In this document: one piece after another, positions 16,337-25,689 of the stretch | Position numbering within the stretch: position 1 is the stretch's first letter | Layout: the number at the start of each line of letters is the position of its first letter | Assembly (NCBI GenBank): GCA_964530955.1 | Contig: CAZHCL010000006.1 | Coordinates: forward strand, 1-27,092 | DNA length: 27,092 bases | Direction: 5' to 3' | From: Candidatus Woesearchaeota archaeon | Lineage (GTDB): Archaea > Nanobdellota > Nanobdellia > Pacearchaeales > GW2011-AR1 | Notes under the pieces: generated by a model | What the model saw: only the letters and a program-made list of their open reading frames with translations | Database searches by the model: none | What the model was told of the DNA's origin: nothing | Program-made: the position numbers and the translations under genes

Positions 16337-17446
16337 ATGGCTAAAAAGGAAGCAAAACAGGGAAAAGAGTTAAGTGCAGAAGAGAGATTTGAACTTATTA
16401 AGAGCGTAGCGGATGGAGGAGAAATAATCGGAGAAGATGAACTCAAAGAGATGCTTAAATCTGGAAAGGAGATAGTTGCATATGACGGGTTTGAGCCTTC
16501 GGGATTAGCACATATACCTTTTGGTCTTCTTAGGGCTGAAAACTTAAAAGTCATGCTTAAAGCGGGAGTTCATTTCAAATTATGGCTGGCTGATTATTTT
16601 GCATTCATAAATAATAAGCTTGGAGGCGACCTTGAAAGAATAAAGAAGGCTGGAGAATATTTCATAGAAGTTTGGAAAGCGTGTGGAGTCGATACGAGCA
16701 AGGTAGAAATAATCTGGGCTTCTGAAAGGATGAACACTTTAAAGTATTGGGACCGAGTTTTAAGAATTGCTAAAGAAACAACTCTTAACAGAAGCATGAG
16801 GGCTACCACAATAATGGGAAGAAAGGAAGGAGAATTACAGTCAACCGCTCAGTTATTCTATCCTAGCATGCAGGCTTCCGATATTTTTGAATTAGATGTT
16901 GATGTTTGTCAGTTAGGATTGGATCAGAGAAGGGCAAATATCTTGGGAAGAGAAGTTGCTGATAAATTAAAGTGGAAAAAACCTGTTGTTGTATCTCATC
17001 ATATGATATTAGGATTGCAAGGTGTTCAGCCTGGTGCCGATAAGGAAGAAATAATCATGGCAAGCAAGATGAGCAAGAGCAAGCCCGATAGTTGCATTTA
17101 TATGCATGATAGTGAAGAAGAGATAAAAAAGAAAATATCAAAAGCATATTGCCCTGAAAAATCAATTGATGGCAATCCTCTTTTTGATTATCTTAAATAT
17201 CTCGTTTTTAAAAGATACTCTAAGATAAAGATAACTCGCCCTGAAAAGTTTGGCGGTAATTTAGAGTTAAATTATGATGAACTTGTCGATGTTTACCAGA
17301 AGGGAGAATTACATCCTGCTGATTTGAAGAATGCAACTACTTTTTATCTTAATCAAATGATAGAACCTGTCAGGGAATATTTTGAAAAGAATAAGAAAGC
17401 TAAAGAGCTCTATGAAGAAGTTAGGAAGTATGCGGTGACGCGTTAA
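16337..17446 (+). CDS. tyrS: Tyrosine--tRNA ligase (archaeal type)
   Basis: YDGFEPSG..H, FYPSMQASDIF, QLGLDQRR, KMSKS, LHPADLK. Confidence 0.95.
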   Translation: MAKKEAKQGKELSAEERFELIKSVADGGEIIGEDELKEMLKSGKEIVAYDGFEPSGLAHIPFGLLRAENLKVMLKAGVHFKLWLADYFAFINNKLGGDLERIKKAGEYFIEVWKACGVDTSKVEIIWASERMNTLKYWDRVLRIAKETTLNRSMRATTIMGRKEGELQSTAQLFYPSMQASDIFELDVDVCQLGLDQRRANILGREVADKLKWKKPVVVSHHMILGLQGVQPGADKEEIIMASKMSKSKPDSCIYMHDSEEEIKKKISKAYCPEKSIDGNPLFDYLKYLVFKRYSKIKITRPEKFGGNLELNYDELVDVYQKGELHPADLKNATTFYLNQMIEPVREYFEKNKKAKELYEEVRKYAVTR

Positions 17447-17449
17447 TCC

Positions 17450-17719
17450 ATGAATTTAATATTTATTCTAAGCATATTAGTAAGCGTTTTCTCTCTTGCT
17501 TTGGTTTTGATAGGGATACCTGCTCAAATACTTAAAAATTATCGGGAGAAAAGGTCTGGGCAGCCTATAATGACTATTTTAATTGCTATGTGTTTCTATG
17601 CTTCTCAAATTGCGCTCTTTTTTGTTACTAATAATTATCTTCCTCTAATATCTTTTTTAGTAGGTTTTGTTATGTGGGGAATTACTTTGGTACAATGGTC
17701 TATTTATAGAAGCAAGTAA
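17450..17719 (+). CDS. PQ-loop / SemiSWEET-like small transporter
   Basis: 89 aa with 3 TM helices; GIPAQILKNYREKRSG is PQ-loop-like. Confidence 0.7.
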   Translation: MNLIFILSILVSVFSLALVLIGIPAQILKNYREKRSGQPIMTILIAMCFYASQIALFFVTNNYLPLISFLVGFVMWGITLVQWSIYRSK

Positions 17720-17722
17720 ACA

Positions 17723-18631
17723 TTATTTAGTATGAAACTCAACTATATCTCTATCTTTCAAGGGATGTGCGAGACCTACTTTTTGATTGGGAAATTTGCT
17801 ACTTGGACCTGTGACTCTTGCTTCTTTTATTCTTGCTGAGAAACCTTTTAGAATTGATTCTGCTGCTTCTTTTACAGTTGCGTTCATCCTCAGAATCATA
17901 GGGTCTTTTGCTGGTTGTTTTCCAGGTTCTTTAGTATAAACTCTGATAAGATTCATTGAACTGGCAATTTTGCTCTTTAATTCTTTAATTCCTTCCCCAG
18001 TCAAAGAGGAGACTAATAGTGCGTTAAGTTTTTTGCTCTTTATTTTCTCAGTTAGTTTTCTTTTATCTTCCTCTGAAAGAATATCAGACTTATTTATTGC
18101 TATAATCTTTTTTCCTGTGGAGCGTGAAAGAAAAGGAGTAATCTTTTCCATTTCATTTAGGTTGGAAAGAACAAGTATTATGCAATCTGCTGTGTGAACT
18201 ATTCCCGAATCGAAATATTCTGAGCCTATGCTTGGCAAATCAACTACCTGTGCTCTAAATCCTTCATGGTCAAGGCTTCCTACTTCTGGAGAGGAAGTGG
18301 TAAACTGATTTTGAGAGATTTTTGGCTTTGCATTTGTTAATTTTGCAAGCAGAGAAGACTTTCCTGAATTTGTTAGGCCTAGAAGAACGCACTGAAAGCC
18401 CTCTTTTCTTATTGCCTTAATGGTTGTTTTTCCTACTTTCTTACTCTTTTCTTTCTTTTCTATGAATCTTCTAAGCCTGTTTTTTAGTTCTGCCACATGA
18501 TGCTCACTTGATTTATGCTTTGGTGCTGCTCTAATCATTTCCTCCATTGCAGCTATCTTCTCATCCATAGTTACTGCTCTAGCATATTGTTTCTCTGCAT
18601 TTACATATTCATATCCAGCATTAAGGGGCAT
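17723..18631 (-). CDS. DRG/OBG-like GTP-binding protein with C-terminal TGS domain
   Basis: N-terminal APKHKSSE helical region, G1 GLTNSGKS, G2 FTT, G3-position DLPS, G4 NKSD, TGS IRVYTKEPG...LKDRDIVEFH. Confidence 0.85.
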   Translation of the reverse strand: MPLNAGYEYVNAEKQYARAVTMDEKIAAMEEMIRAAPKHKSSEHHVAELKNRLRRFIEKKEKSKKVGKTTIKAIRKEGFQCVLLGLTNSGKSSLLAKLTNAKPKISQNQFTTSSPEVGSLDHEGFRAQVVDLPSIGSEYFDSGIVHTADCIILVLSNLNEMEKITPFLSRSTGKKIIAINKSDILSEEDKRKLTEKIKSKKLNALLVSSLTGEGIKELKSKIASSMNLIRVYTKEPGKQPAKDPMILRMNATVKEAAESILKGFSARIKEARVTGPSSKFPNQKVGLAHPLKDRDIVEFHTK

Positions 18632-18640
18632 AACTCTTAG

Positions 18641-18672
18641 AGAAAAGGAAGGTTTATTAATAATTTGCTTTT
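18641..18672. promoter_or_regulatory. Putative bidirectional core promoter
   Basis: A single TTTATTAATAA element (18653-18663) sits in a 50-bp gap between divergent ATGs, with purine-rich BRE-like sequence on each strand. Confidence 0.5.
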
Positions 18673-18681
18673 CGTAGAGCT

Positions 18682-19881
18682 ATGAAATTACTCAGAAAGA
18701 AATTAAAAAATGGGATGACCGTTATAATGGAGAAAAGAGAACTGCCTGTTGTTTCTGTTGCCGTAACTAATAGATTTGGGGCAGCATTTGAAGAATCCAA
18801 GATAAAGGGAATCGCGCATGTCATTGAACACATGGTCTTTAAGGGAACTAAAACGAGAACCCACGAAGATATTTCAAGAGAGATTGAAAAGAAGGGAGGA
18901 ATATTGAATGCTTTCACATCGAATGAGGTAACTTCTTTCTGGTTTAAGCTTCCTTCTGAGCACCTATTTGCAGGATTAGATATTATTACAGACATAATAA
19001 AGAATCCTAAATTTGACAGGAAAAATTTTGAAAAAGAAAAGAAGGTCATTCTGGAAGAGATAAAAATGTATCACGATATTCCTGCAAGAAATATATATGA
19101 TAAGATATTTGAGAATCTTTATGAGTATCCAATAGGTGAAGGAATAATCGGTTCAAAAGAAACTGTTTCTTCCTTAGATAGAGATTTTGTTTATAATTAT
19201 TATAAAGAAAATTATCAGCATAATAATTTCATAATCTCTGTAGTGGGAAGTGCTGATTTTAAGGAAATTTGTGATTACTTTGAGAAGAACTTTAATTTTA
19301 AATCTAAGGAAATGAAGATTAAAGAAATAAAAAAGAGGAATGCCGATAGTGTGGAGGAAAGAGAAAGCATTGACCAGGCACATTTCATCTTAGCAGTACA
19401 TGCGCCAATAGTCGGAGACAAGAAATATCCTGTTCTTGAAGTTCTTGATGCTTACTTGGCAAGCGGAATGTCTTCTAGGCTCTTTCTTGAAATAAGGGAG
19501 GAAAGAGGATTGGCTTACAGCATTCGCAGTTCAATAGATTCTGAGAAGAGTTATTCGTACTATAGCATTTATGCAGGCACAAGAAAAGAGGTTGTTAATG
19601 AAGTCAAAGAAATAATTATCAAAGAATTCAATAAGGTTAGTAGCAGTATGACTGAAAAGGATCTTGCAGAAGCTAAGCAAAGGCTAGTGGGTCTGAGGAA
19701 AATCAATTCTGAGGAAAGTGATAGTGTAATGAACGAAATTACTTTTATGGAATTGGCAGATAATATCGATGAATATTCTGAACATGAGAAGAGAATAAAT
19801 AATGTTAAATTAGAAGAAGTAAAGAAGTTGGCTTCTGAACTTATTAAGGAATATAGTACTGCCGCCATTGTTCCTAAATAA
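18682..19881 (+). CDS. M16 family (pitrilysin/MPP-like) zinc metallopeptidase
   Basis: GIAHVIEHMVFKGT (HXXEH), NAFTS, GMSSRLFLEIREERGLAYS. Confidence 0.92.
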   Translation: MKLLRKKLKNGMTVIMEKRELPVVSVAVTNRFGAAFEESKIKGIAHVIEHMVFKGTKTRTHEDISREIEKKGGILNAFTSNEVTSFWFKLPSEHLFAGLDIITDIIKNPKFDRKNFEKEKKVILEEIKMYHDIPARNIYDKIFENLYEYPIGEGIIGSKETVSSLDRDFVYNYYKENYQHNNFIISVVGSADFKEICDYFEKNFNFKSKEMKIKEIKKRNADSVEERESIDQAHFILAVHAPIVGDKKYPVLEVLDAYLASGMSSRLFLEIREERGLAYSIRSSIDSEKSYSYYSIYAGTRKEVVNEVKEIIIKEFNKVSSSMTEKDLAEAKQRLVGLRKINSEESDSVMNEITFMELADNIDEYSEHEKRINNVKLEEVKKLASELIKEYSTAAIVPK

Positions 19882-19936
19882 ATAACTCCTGCGAAAGTCT
19901 CGTGAAGTTTATTAAGTATCTTTTCTAATCTTAAGG

Positions 19937-20545
19937 ATGGATTTGAGTAATATCACTAGTCTAAATTCTGCACTCCCTATTATTCAGAGCCATGGTTATC
20001 TGATAATTTTTGTTATAATGATTATTGAAGGACCGCTCATAACCTATTTTGCTGCTTTTGCTGCTTCATTAGGATTGTTTAACATATATTGGGTTTTTGT
20101 GCTTTCTGTCTTAGGAAATCTTGTTACTGATATGGTTTATTTTGGGATAGGTAAATTTGGAAATATCGCATTTATTCGTAAATATATTCCTAAATCTAAG
20201 AGCAGACTTATAAATAAGTTGGCAAAGTATATCGAAAAAAATACTGGAAAGACTTTAGCTCTAATAAAAATTATTCCTCCATTGCCGACTCCAGGTTTAA
20301 TTCTTGCAGGAATGTCAAAATTATCTTTTAGAAAATTCTTCTTTTATGCACTATTAATAGGAATACCCTATTCTTTGTTTTTTACTTTTCTAGGATATTA
20401 TTCAGGCGTAGCTTTCAGCACATTTGAACATTATTTTAAATTGGGTGAAGTCATAATCGGTATTTTGGTTGTTACAATATTGGTATTTTGGTTTTTGTTC
20501 AATCGGTTTGCAGTCAAATTAATACAAAAGATGAAATTGTCTTAG
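19937..20545 (+). CDS. DedA/VTT-family membrane protein
   Basis: IIEGP...GNLVTDMVYFGIG...GMSKLSFRKFF pattern; 202 aa. Confidence 0.8.
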   Translation: MDLSNITSLNSALPIIQSHGYLIIFVIMIIEGPLITYFAAFAASLGLFNIYWVFVLSVLGNLVTDMVYFGIGKFGNIAFIRKYIPKSKSRLINKLAKYIEKNTGKTLALIKIIPPLPTPGLILAGMSKLSFRKFFFYALLIGIPYSLFFTFLGYYSGVAFSTFEHYFKLGEVIIGILVVTILVFWFLFNRFAVKLIQKMKLS

Positions 20546-21255
20546 TTTCTTATAACTTTTCTTCTCATAATCAGAGTATAAATTTGTCTTGTGAATTTTA
20601 TTATTCCGCCTGCCGCATTTATTACTTGATTAGTCATGATTATATCTTTTTTTACTCCCTTGACTATGCTCCCCATTTTTTCATATTTCCAAGGACTTCT
20701 GACATTCATCCAAGGGACAACACCTACCTTTAATTTATTTTTCAGTATCTGCTTATTAATAATCGTCTCAACTTCAAAACTATCTTTTCCAGCTAAAAGT
20801 TCTTTATTGATTAATTCTTTGCTAAAAACTCTTTCTCCTGAAAGAGAGTCCATTTTTATTAATCTCCAGAGAAGAGGAGAGTTTTTTCTTAGACTGATTG
20901 TTACATCTACTACTTTATTCTTTACGGGGAGTATTAGGTCGGAGATGTTTTTCACAGTTAGTCCACCTAGATCTGCATCTAAAAGTATTATCAACGAGTG
21001 TCTTGCTTTTTCTAGACCCTTCATCACAGCAAAACTTTTTCCTCTATTTTTTTGGTAGCTGATAATTTTTATTCCTTTAAACTTTTTAATGACTTCTTTT
21101 GTGTCATCTGAAGATCCATCATTGATTACAATCAATTCATCAATCAAAGGGTGATTTTTAGCTATACCTATAACTTTAGAGACTCTTTTACCTTCATTAT
21201 AGGCAGGTATTATACATGAAACTTTTTCTTCCACGTATTGCTCAGTTCTAATCAA
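20542..21255 (-). CDS. Glycosyltransferase family 2 (GT-A; polyprenol-phosphate glycosyltransferase-like)
   Basis: IIPAYNE, INDGSSDDT, NRGKS, LDAD; the exact start (TTG) is uncertain. Confidence 0.9.
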   Translation of the reverse strand: MIRTEQYVEEKVSCIIPAYNEGKRVSKVIGIAKNHPLIDELIVINDGSSDDTKEVIKKFKGIKIISYQKNRGKSFAVMKGLEKARHSLIILLDADLGGLTVKNISDLILPVKNKVVDVTISLRKNSPLLWRLIKMDSLSGERVFSKELINKELLAGKDSFEVETIINKQILKNKLKVGVVPWMNVRSPWKYEKMGSIVKGVKKDIIMTNQVINAAGGIIKFTRQIYTLIMRRKVIRN

Positions 21256-21310
21256 TTTAAAAATATTTATATAAGCAGAAAAGGTCTCATTTGTCAGTTA
21301 CGGATAAAAA

Positions 21311-22369
21311 ATGAAGATACTATTTGGAGTTTTTGACTGGGGTTTAGGTCACGCAACAAGAGATACTCCTCTTATAGAAGAATTGCTTAAAAGAAAACAC
21401 TGTGTCGACATTATTTCAACTGGCAGAGCGTTAGCATTATTGAAAAGCAGATTTGGCAAAAGATGTAATTATTTTGATGTCCCAAGCATTCATGTCCCCT
21501 ATTCTAATACTAGATTTTTTTCTTTATTTTTTGTAAAGAATATACCTAAAATGTTAATGAGTCTTAATCGTGCTAGAAGGATAACTGAAGAGATAATTTT
21601 AAAAAATAATTATGATAAAGTCATTTCTGACTGTAGATATGATGTTTATGACGGGAAAGATAATTCTTATTTTATTAATCATCAGCTCAGATTTATATCC
21701 TTGCCAGGAGCTCAAGGTTTCGTTGAAAAATGGCTGCATAATAGGATGGAAAATTATAAACTGATTATTGTTCCTGATTTTGACAAACCAAATCTGACTG
21801 GTGATTTGAGCCACAATCTTAAATATATTCAGAAGTCAAAAATAAGATATATAGGGATACTTTCACACATAAGGAAATTAAATTGTCCAGAAGATATCTC
21901 TTTATTTGTTTCTATTTCAGGTCCAGAGCCCCAGAGAACGGTTTTAGAAAATAAACTGTTGCCTCTCCTTAATAAATTTCCAGGTAAGATAGTTGTTGGT
22001 TTGGGTAAACCTGAGCTTAAACACAGAAGTTCTAGGGGAAGAATATTGTTTTATTCTTTTTTAGATTCAGTAAAACAAGAAGAGTATATGAATAGGGCTA
22101 GGATGGTAATCACTAGATCAGGATACACTACTATGATGGAACTAGCAGAACTTGGGAAGGCTCATGCTTTACTTATTCCTACTCCTGGCCAAACTGAACA
22201 GGAGTATCTGGCAGATATTTATGAGCAAAGGGGATATTTTCATCATGTTGACCAATCAGAGATAAGTTTGGAACATGATTTGAAAAAAGCGAGTAAACTT
22301 AATGGATTTAAGGTGCCTTGGAAAACTAAAAAATCAATAGAGAAGTTTATTGCTGCTTTGTCTGAATAG
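21311..22369 (+). CDS. GT-B fold glycosyltransferase (GT28/MJ1255-like)
   Basis: GLGHATR N-terminal motif, ISDCR, SGPEPQR, RSGYTT, IPTPGQTEQEYLA. Confidence 0.85.
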   Translation: MKILFGVFDWGLGHATRDTPLIEELLKRKHCVDIISTGRALALLKSRFGKRCNYFDVPSIHVPYSNTRFFSLFFVKNIPKMLMSLNRARRITEEIILKNNYDKVISDCRYDVYDGKDNSYFINHQLRFISLPGAQGFVEKWLHNRMENYKLIIVPDFDKPNLTGDLSHNLKYIQKSKIRYIGILSHIRKLNCPEDISLFVSISGPEPQRTVLENKLLPLLNKFPGKIVVGLGKPELKHRSSRGRILFYSFLDSVKQEEYMNRARMVITRSGYTTMMELAELGKAHALLIPTPGQTEQEYLADIYEQRGYFHHVDQSEISLEHDLKKASKLNGFKVPWKTKKSIEKFIAALSE

Positions 22370-22433
22370 CGTTAGTAAAATTTAAGGATATTCGTTCCAT
22401 CTTATTTATAAACTCAAATACTTTTTGCTTTCT

Positions 22434-23027
22434 ATGTACTCTAAACATACTAGCAAATATATTTTAAATGTTTTTCATTACTTTTTGCTTTTGTTGGCAG
22501 TTTATCTTTTTTTTACAGAAAAAAATACAGTATATCCTTTGGCAATTGTCCTATTATTCTTTATAGGGATACTATTAATCAGAACTTTATTTAATTTGAA
22601 GGATGAATATATTCTAATGATTCTTCTTTCTTCTTATTTAGAGATACTTGGAGAGTATTTTGGGGGAAATCTTTACCAGTCCCTATTCTATTATGATAAG
22701 TTTTTGCATTTTGCTAATTGTGCTGGTTTGACCTATATATTTTATAATTTTTCGAAGGGGAAAGGTCTTTCAGGGTATAAATGGCTGTTTGCTTTACTTA
22801 GCACAGTAGGTGTGGGGGCTATTGAGGAATTATTAGAATATTCTTATGACATACTATTCAAACCTTTGATTCCTATGCAGGGAGTGTTTTCTCTTATGGG
22901 AATAGCTCTTGTAAGCCCATTTCAAGATACTATGTGGGATATGTTTTTCAATTTCTTCGGTGCGATATTTGGCTTATTCATAATTTACCTGATTTATCGG
23001 GCTTACGGGAAACATAATTCGAAGTAA
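22434..23027 (+). CDS. Polytopic membrane protein (DUF2238/VanZ-like)
   Basis: YYDKFLHF, EELLEY, DTMWDM motifs. Start revised to ATG 22434 because TTTATAAA at 22405-22412 is 22 nt upstream. Confidence 0.65.
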   Translation: MYSKHTSKYILNVFHYFLLLLAVYLFFTEKNTVYPLAIVLLFFIGILLIRTLFNLKDEYILMILLSSYLEILGEYFGGNLYQSLFYYDKFLHFANCAGLTYIFYNFSKGKGLSGYKWLFALLSTVGVGAIEELLEYSYDILFKPLIPMQGVFSLMGIALVSPFQDTMWDMFFNFFGAIFGLFIIYLIYRAYGKHNSK

Positions 23028-23092
23028 TGATGAAAAGCATATATTACAGTTAGCTATTTGCTTAAAAGAATCAAATTGCCTTTAGATTTTTG

Positions 23093-23419
23093 ATGAGCCG
23101 AATTAGTGGAGAAAATCAAGGAATAGATTATTTTCTTAATGAATTGACTTCTTCTTTGGTTTCAGGAATTATATGTTCTGTCAATCAGGCATTATATGAG
23201 AATAAATCTTTGCCTAAAACAATTAATTTTTACGGTGCTGAAGAAGATATACTTTTATTAATTTCTAATCGAGTAAAAAATAGTCTGGGGGCGGAAAGTT
23301 CACTTTATTCTAAAGCAGTACATCGTCTTAATGCAGACTTATCCGAAAAGGAAACCTATCACATTAACGTTGGATGGTTTATTAGAATGTATGATAAGAA
23401 TGGAAGAGTTAGCTTTTAA
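23093..23419 (+). CDS. Hypothetical protein
   Basis: ORF fills the gap between neighbours; ATG at 23093; no motif recognised. Confidence 0.5.
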   Translation: MSRISGENQGIDYFLNELTSSLVSGIICSVNQALYENKSLPKTINFYGAEEDILLLISNRVKNSLGAESSLYSKAVHRLNADLSEKETYHINVGWFIRMYDKNGRVSF

Positions 23420-23428
23420 GATAATATA

Positions 23429-24085
23429 TTAGTCAACTAGACCTTTGAAGTCAGATGAGTTTTTACCTAGAATTCCTTTTAGCTCTTCTTCGGGAGCTTC
23501 GATTAAATTTCTTATTGATTTGAACTTTTCTATAAGCTTTTTTGCTTTTACTGGACCTATATTAGGGAATCCTTCCAAAATATATTGGACTTGCTCTTCT
23601 TTGTTTAGAGATATTTTCTTTGCTCTTAATGAGATGGAAGAGTTTTCTTTCTTTTTTGCCAGAAGAGAAATATAAATTGCAGTTTCTTCTTCGTTTTCTG
23701 AGAAAACTACGGGGATTTTATATTCTATTTGCGCTGAGAGTAAAAAACCTCTGAGTGCATTTTCATGAATTATTCCTGATTTGAGAGAAAATTCATTTAA
23801 TCCTTCTATGATTAATACATGCACGGGATATTGCTTTAATTCTTGCATCTGTGTAAAAATTCTTTTGTTTATTATCGAAGATTTTAGGTCGTTTATTGAT
23901 TTTCTCTCTATTGCGATATTATTAATTAAATAATCTGCTACTGGGAGTTGAGAAAACTCTATTTCAAATCCTTGTTTTATAAGTTCTGAAGGAACAAGAG
24001 AATTTTTCTCTCTATTATCTACTATTATCTTCTGGTTTATTTTCTTTTTTTCCTTTTTATTGGAAAAGATGTTGAAAAATGGCAT
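23429..24085 (-). CDS. ERCC4/XPF-family nuclease with HhH (Hef nuclease part)
   Basis: IIVDNRE, DYLI, IAIERKSINDL (ERKxxxD), LIIEG, HhH GFPNIGPVKAKKL. Confidence 0.9.
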   Translation of the reverse strand: MPFFNIFSNKKEKKKINQKIIVDNREKNSLVPSELIKQGFEIEFSQLPVADYLINNIAIERKSINDLKSSIINKRIFTQMQELKQYPVHVLIIEGLNEFSLKSGIIHENALRGFLLSAQIEYKIPVVFSENEEETAIYISLLAKKKENSSISLRAKKISLNKEEQVQYILEGFPNIGPVKAKKLIEKFKSIRNLIEAPEEELKGILGKNSSDFKGLVD

Positions 24086-24086
24086 T

Positions 24087-25634
24087 TTACTTGTAATCGA
24101 AGAGGGTTCTTGATTTTTTATGGTTATTGTTTTTCATTTCTTCTTTCATGGTGCTAATAACCTTATGCATCTTCTTTTCTCTTGCATATGACGCATAGTG
24201 ATTTATTTCATCTCTTGTGTCTTTCGTGACTAGGATGAATAGTTTTCCTGGAGCAAGTCTGGCTGTTCTACCTGCACGTTGGATTTTTCTTATTGCACTC
24301 GGGATTGGCTCGTAGAATATTACTGCTCCAACTTCTGGTATGTCGAGGCCTTCTTCTCCGATACTTGTCGCAACTAGGACATTTATTTCTCCAGTCTTGA
24401 ACTTTTCTATAATTTCTTTCTGTTCTTTTTGGGATAAACCACCCGAAGCTTTTTTTGCCTGTCCGATGAAAATAGATGCTTTGATTTCCGGATTTTCATT
24501 TAGGTTGTTAGCGATGCTTGAAGCTGTTTCTCTGTATTGTGTAAAGATGATTACCTTTGAATTAGATTTCTCTTTGAATTCTTTATCTATTATTTCTCTA
24601 ATCTTGCTTATTTTAGGGTGTTCGACTTTTTTAGCTAAAAGCATCTGCAGGGAGATAATCGCCGCATTGAAATCTGGGCTTTTTACAAGAGATTGGACTG
24701 CCTTACTCTTCTTTTGTTCCGCCTGCAATTGCAGACCTTTAAGGTAAATGTTTAATCCGGAAAGAGTTTGTGTTTCAAGAAGTTCTATTGCATGGGATAT
24801 TTTGATTGCTTTTGCGCAAAGGGACATCCCCATCATTGCTGGAAAGTTTCCTCTTGAAATTTGTCCTGCAAGCGAAGCTTGTAGTCTTAGCAAGGTTATT
24901 TTATTGACTGGAAAGACATTTGGAAACATTTTCCTTATTTTATCAACCTGCTCATCATAAACTCTTTTTAGAAGAACTCTTATTTCTATAAATTCTGGAG
25001 GGAAAATAACTTCTACTTTTTCGAAATCAAGTGTTTGAAGGTAATCTTTCACATCAGCTGACTCTCTTGAACGGACTTCAATCTCTTCTATCTCTAAATG
25101 CTTGCATATCTGCTTTATTTTTTCTTGTTCATGCCCTGGGGAAGCCGTCAAGCCGAGAATTCTTTGCATTTCTCTTGGCGCTTGTTGTTTATAGAAAGCA
25201 ACAACTTTTGTGTAATCATAGTTTTTGAGACATCTATGTGCTTCGTCTATTATCAAGAGAGAGGTTTCATCTAATTTGTATAAATACTTATCAAGGTCGT
25301 TGGCTATACACTGGGGTGTTGAAAATATTATCTCTGCAGTATTCCATATCTCTTTTCTTTTATTTGCAGGTACTGCTCCGGTGAACAGTTGAAGGTCTGC
25401 AAAAAGTTCTGAAAGGTGTTTTTTAAAATATTCAAAATGTTGTTCTACTAGGGGTTTTGTGGGGGCAAGAAAGAGTACCTTACTTGTTGGAAACTTCTTT
25501 TTTCTTTCTATTGAAAGGAGAAGGGCGATTAAAGTTTTACCCAGGCCTGTGGGAAGAACAACAAGGGTGTTTCTCTCTCTAGCTATTTCAAATATCTTCT
25601 GCTGATATTCTCTGGGAGATATATTAATTAACAT
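24087..25634 (-). CDS. Hef/FANCM-like SF2 helicase (helicase part only)
   Basis: PREYQ, LPTGLGKT, APTKPLVEQH, IDEAH, GLTASPG, ATSIGEEGLDIP, IQRAGRTAR. Confidence 0.92.
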   Translation of the reverse strand: MLINISPREYQQKIFEIARERNTLVVLPTGLGKTLIALLLSIERKKKFPTSKVLFLAPTKPLVEQHFEYFKKHLSELFADLQLFTGAVPANKRKEIWNTAEIIFSTPQCIANDLDKYLYKLDETSLLIIDEAHRCLKNYDYTKVVAFYKQQAPREMQRILGLTASPGHEQEKIKQICKHLEIEEIEVRSRESADVKDYLQTLDFEKVEVIFPPEFIEIRVLLKRVYDEQVDKIRKMFPNVFPVNKITLLRLQASLAGQISRGNFPAMMGMSLCAKAIKISHAIELLETQTLSGLNIYLKGLQLQAEQKKSKAVQSLVKSPDFNAAIISLQMLLAKKVEHPKISKIREIIDKEFKEKSNSKVIIFTQYRETASSIANNLNENPEIKASIFIGQAKKASGGLSQKEQKEIIEKFKTGEINVLVATSIGEEGLDIPEVGAVIFYEPIPSAIRKIQRAGRTARLAPGKLFILVTKDTRDEINHYASYAREKKMHKVISTMKEEMKNNNHKKSRTLFDYK

Positions 25635-25689
25635 TTTTGGAAAAGGAAGGCTAAGTGTTTAAACTTTGTGCAAATATTTTATATAAGTA

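Noticed and set aside
16483-16524. TyrS HIGH motif variant (GFEPSGLAHIPFG)
   Set aside because: HIGH-motif variation is common in archaeal and eukaryotic-type TyrRS; KMSKS and the Tyr-binding motifs are intact.
377-25228. Many 60-140 aa ORFs in the track nested antisense or out of frame within long genes (e.g. 377..598, 1678..1881, 4699..5124, 8267..8575, 18657..19049, 20636..21058, 24340..24747)
   Set aside because: Shadow ORFs overlapping well-supported genes; no motifs or promoters.
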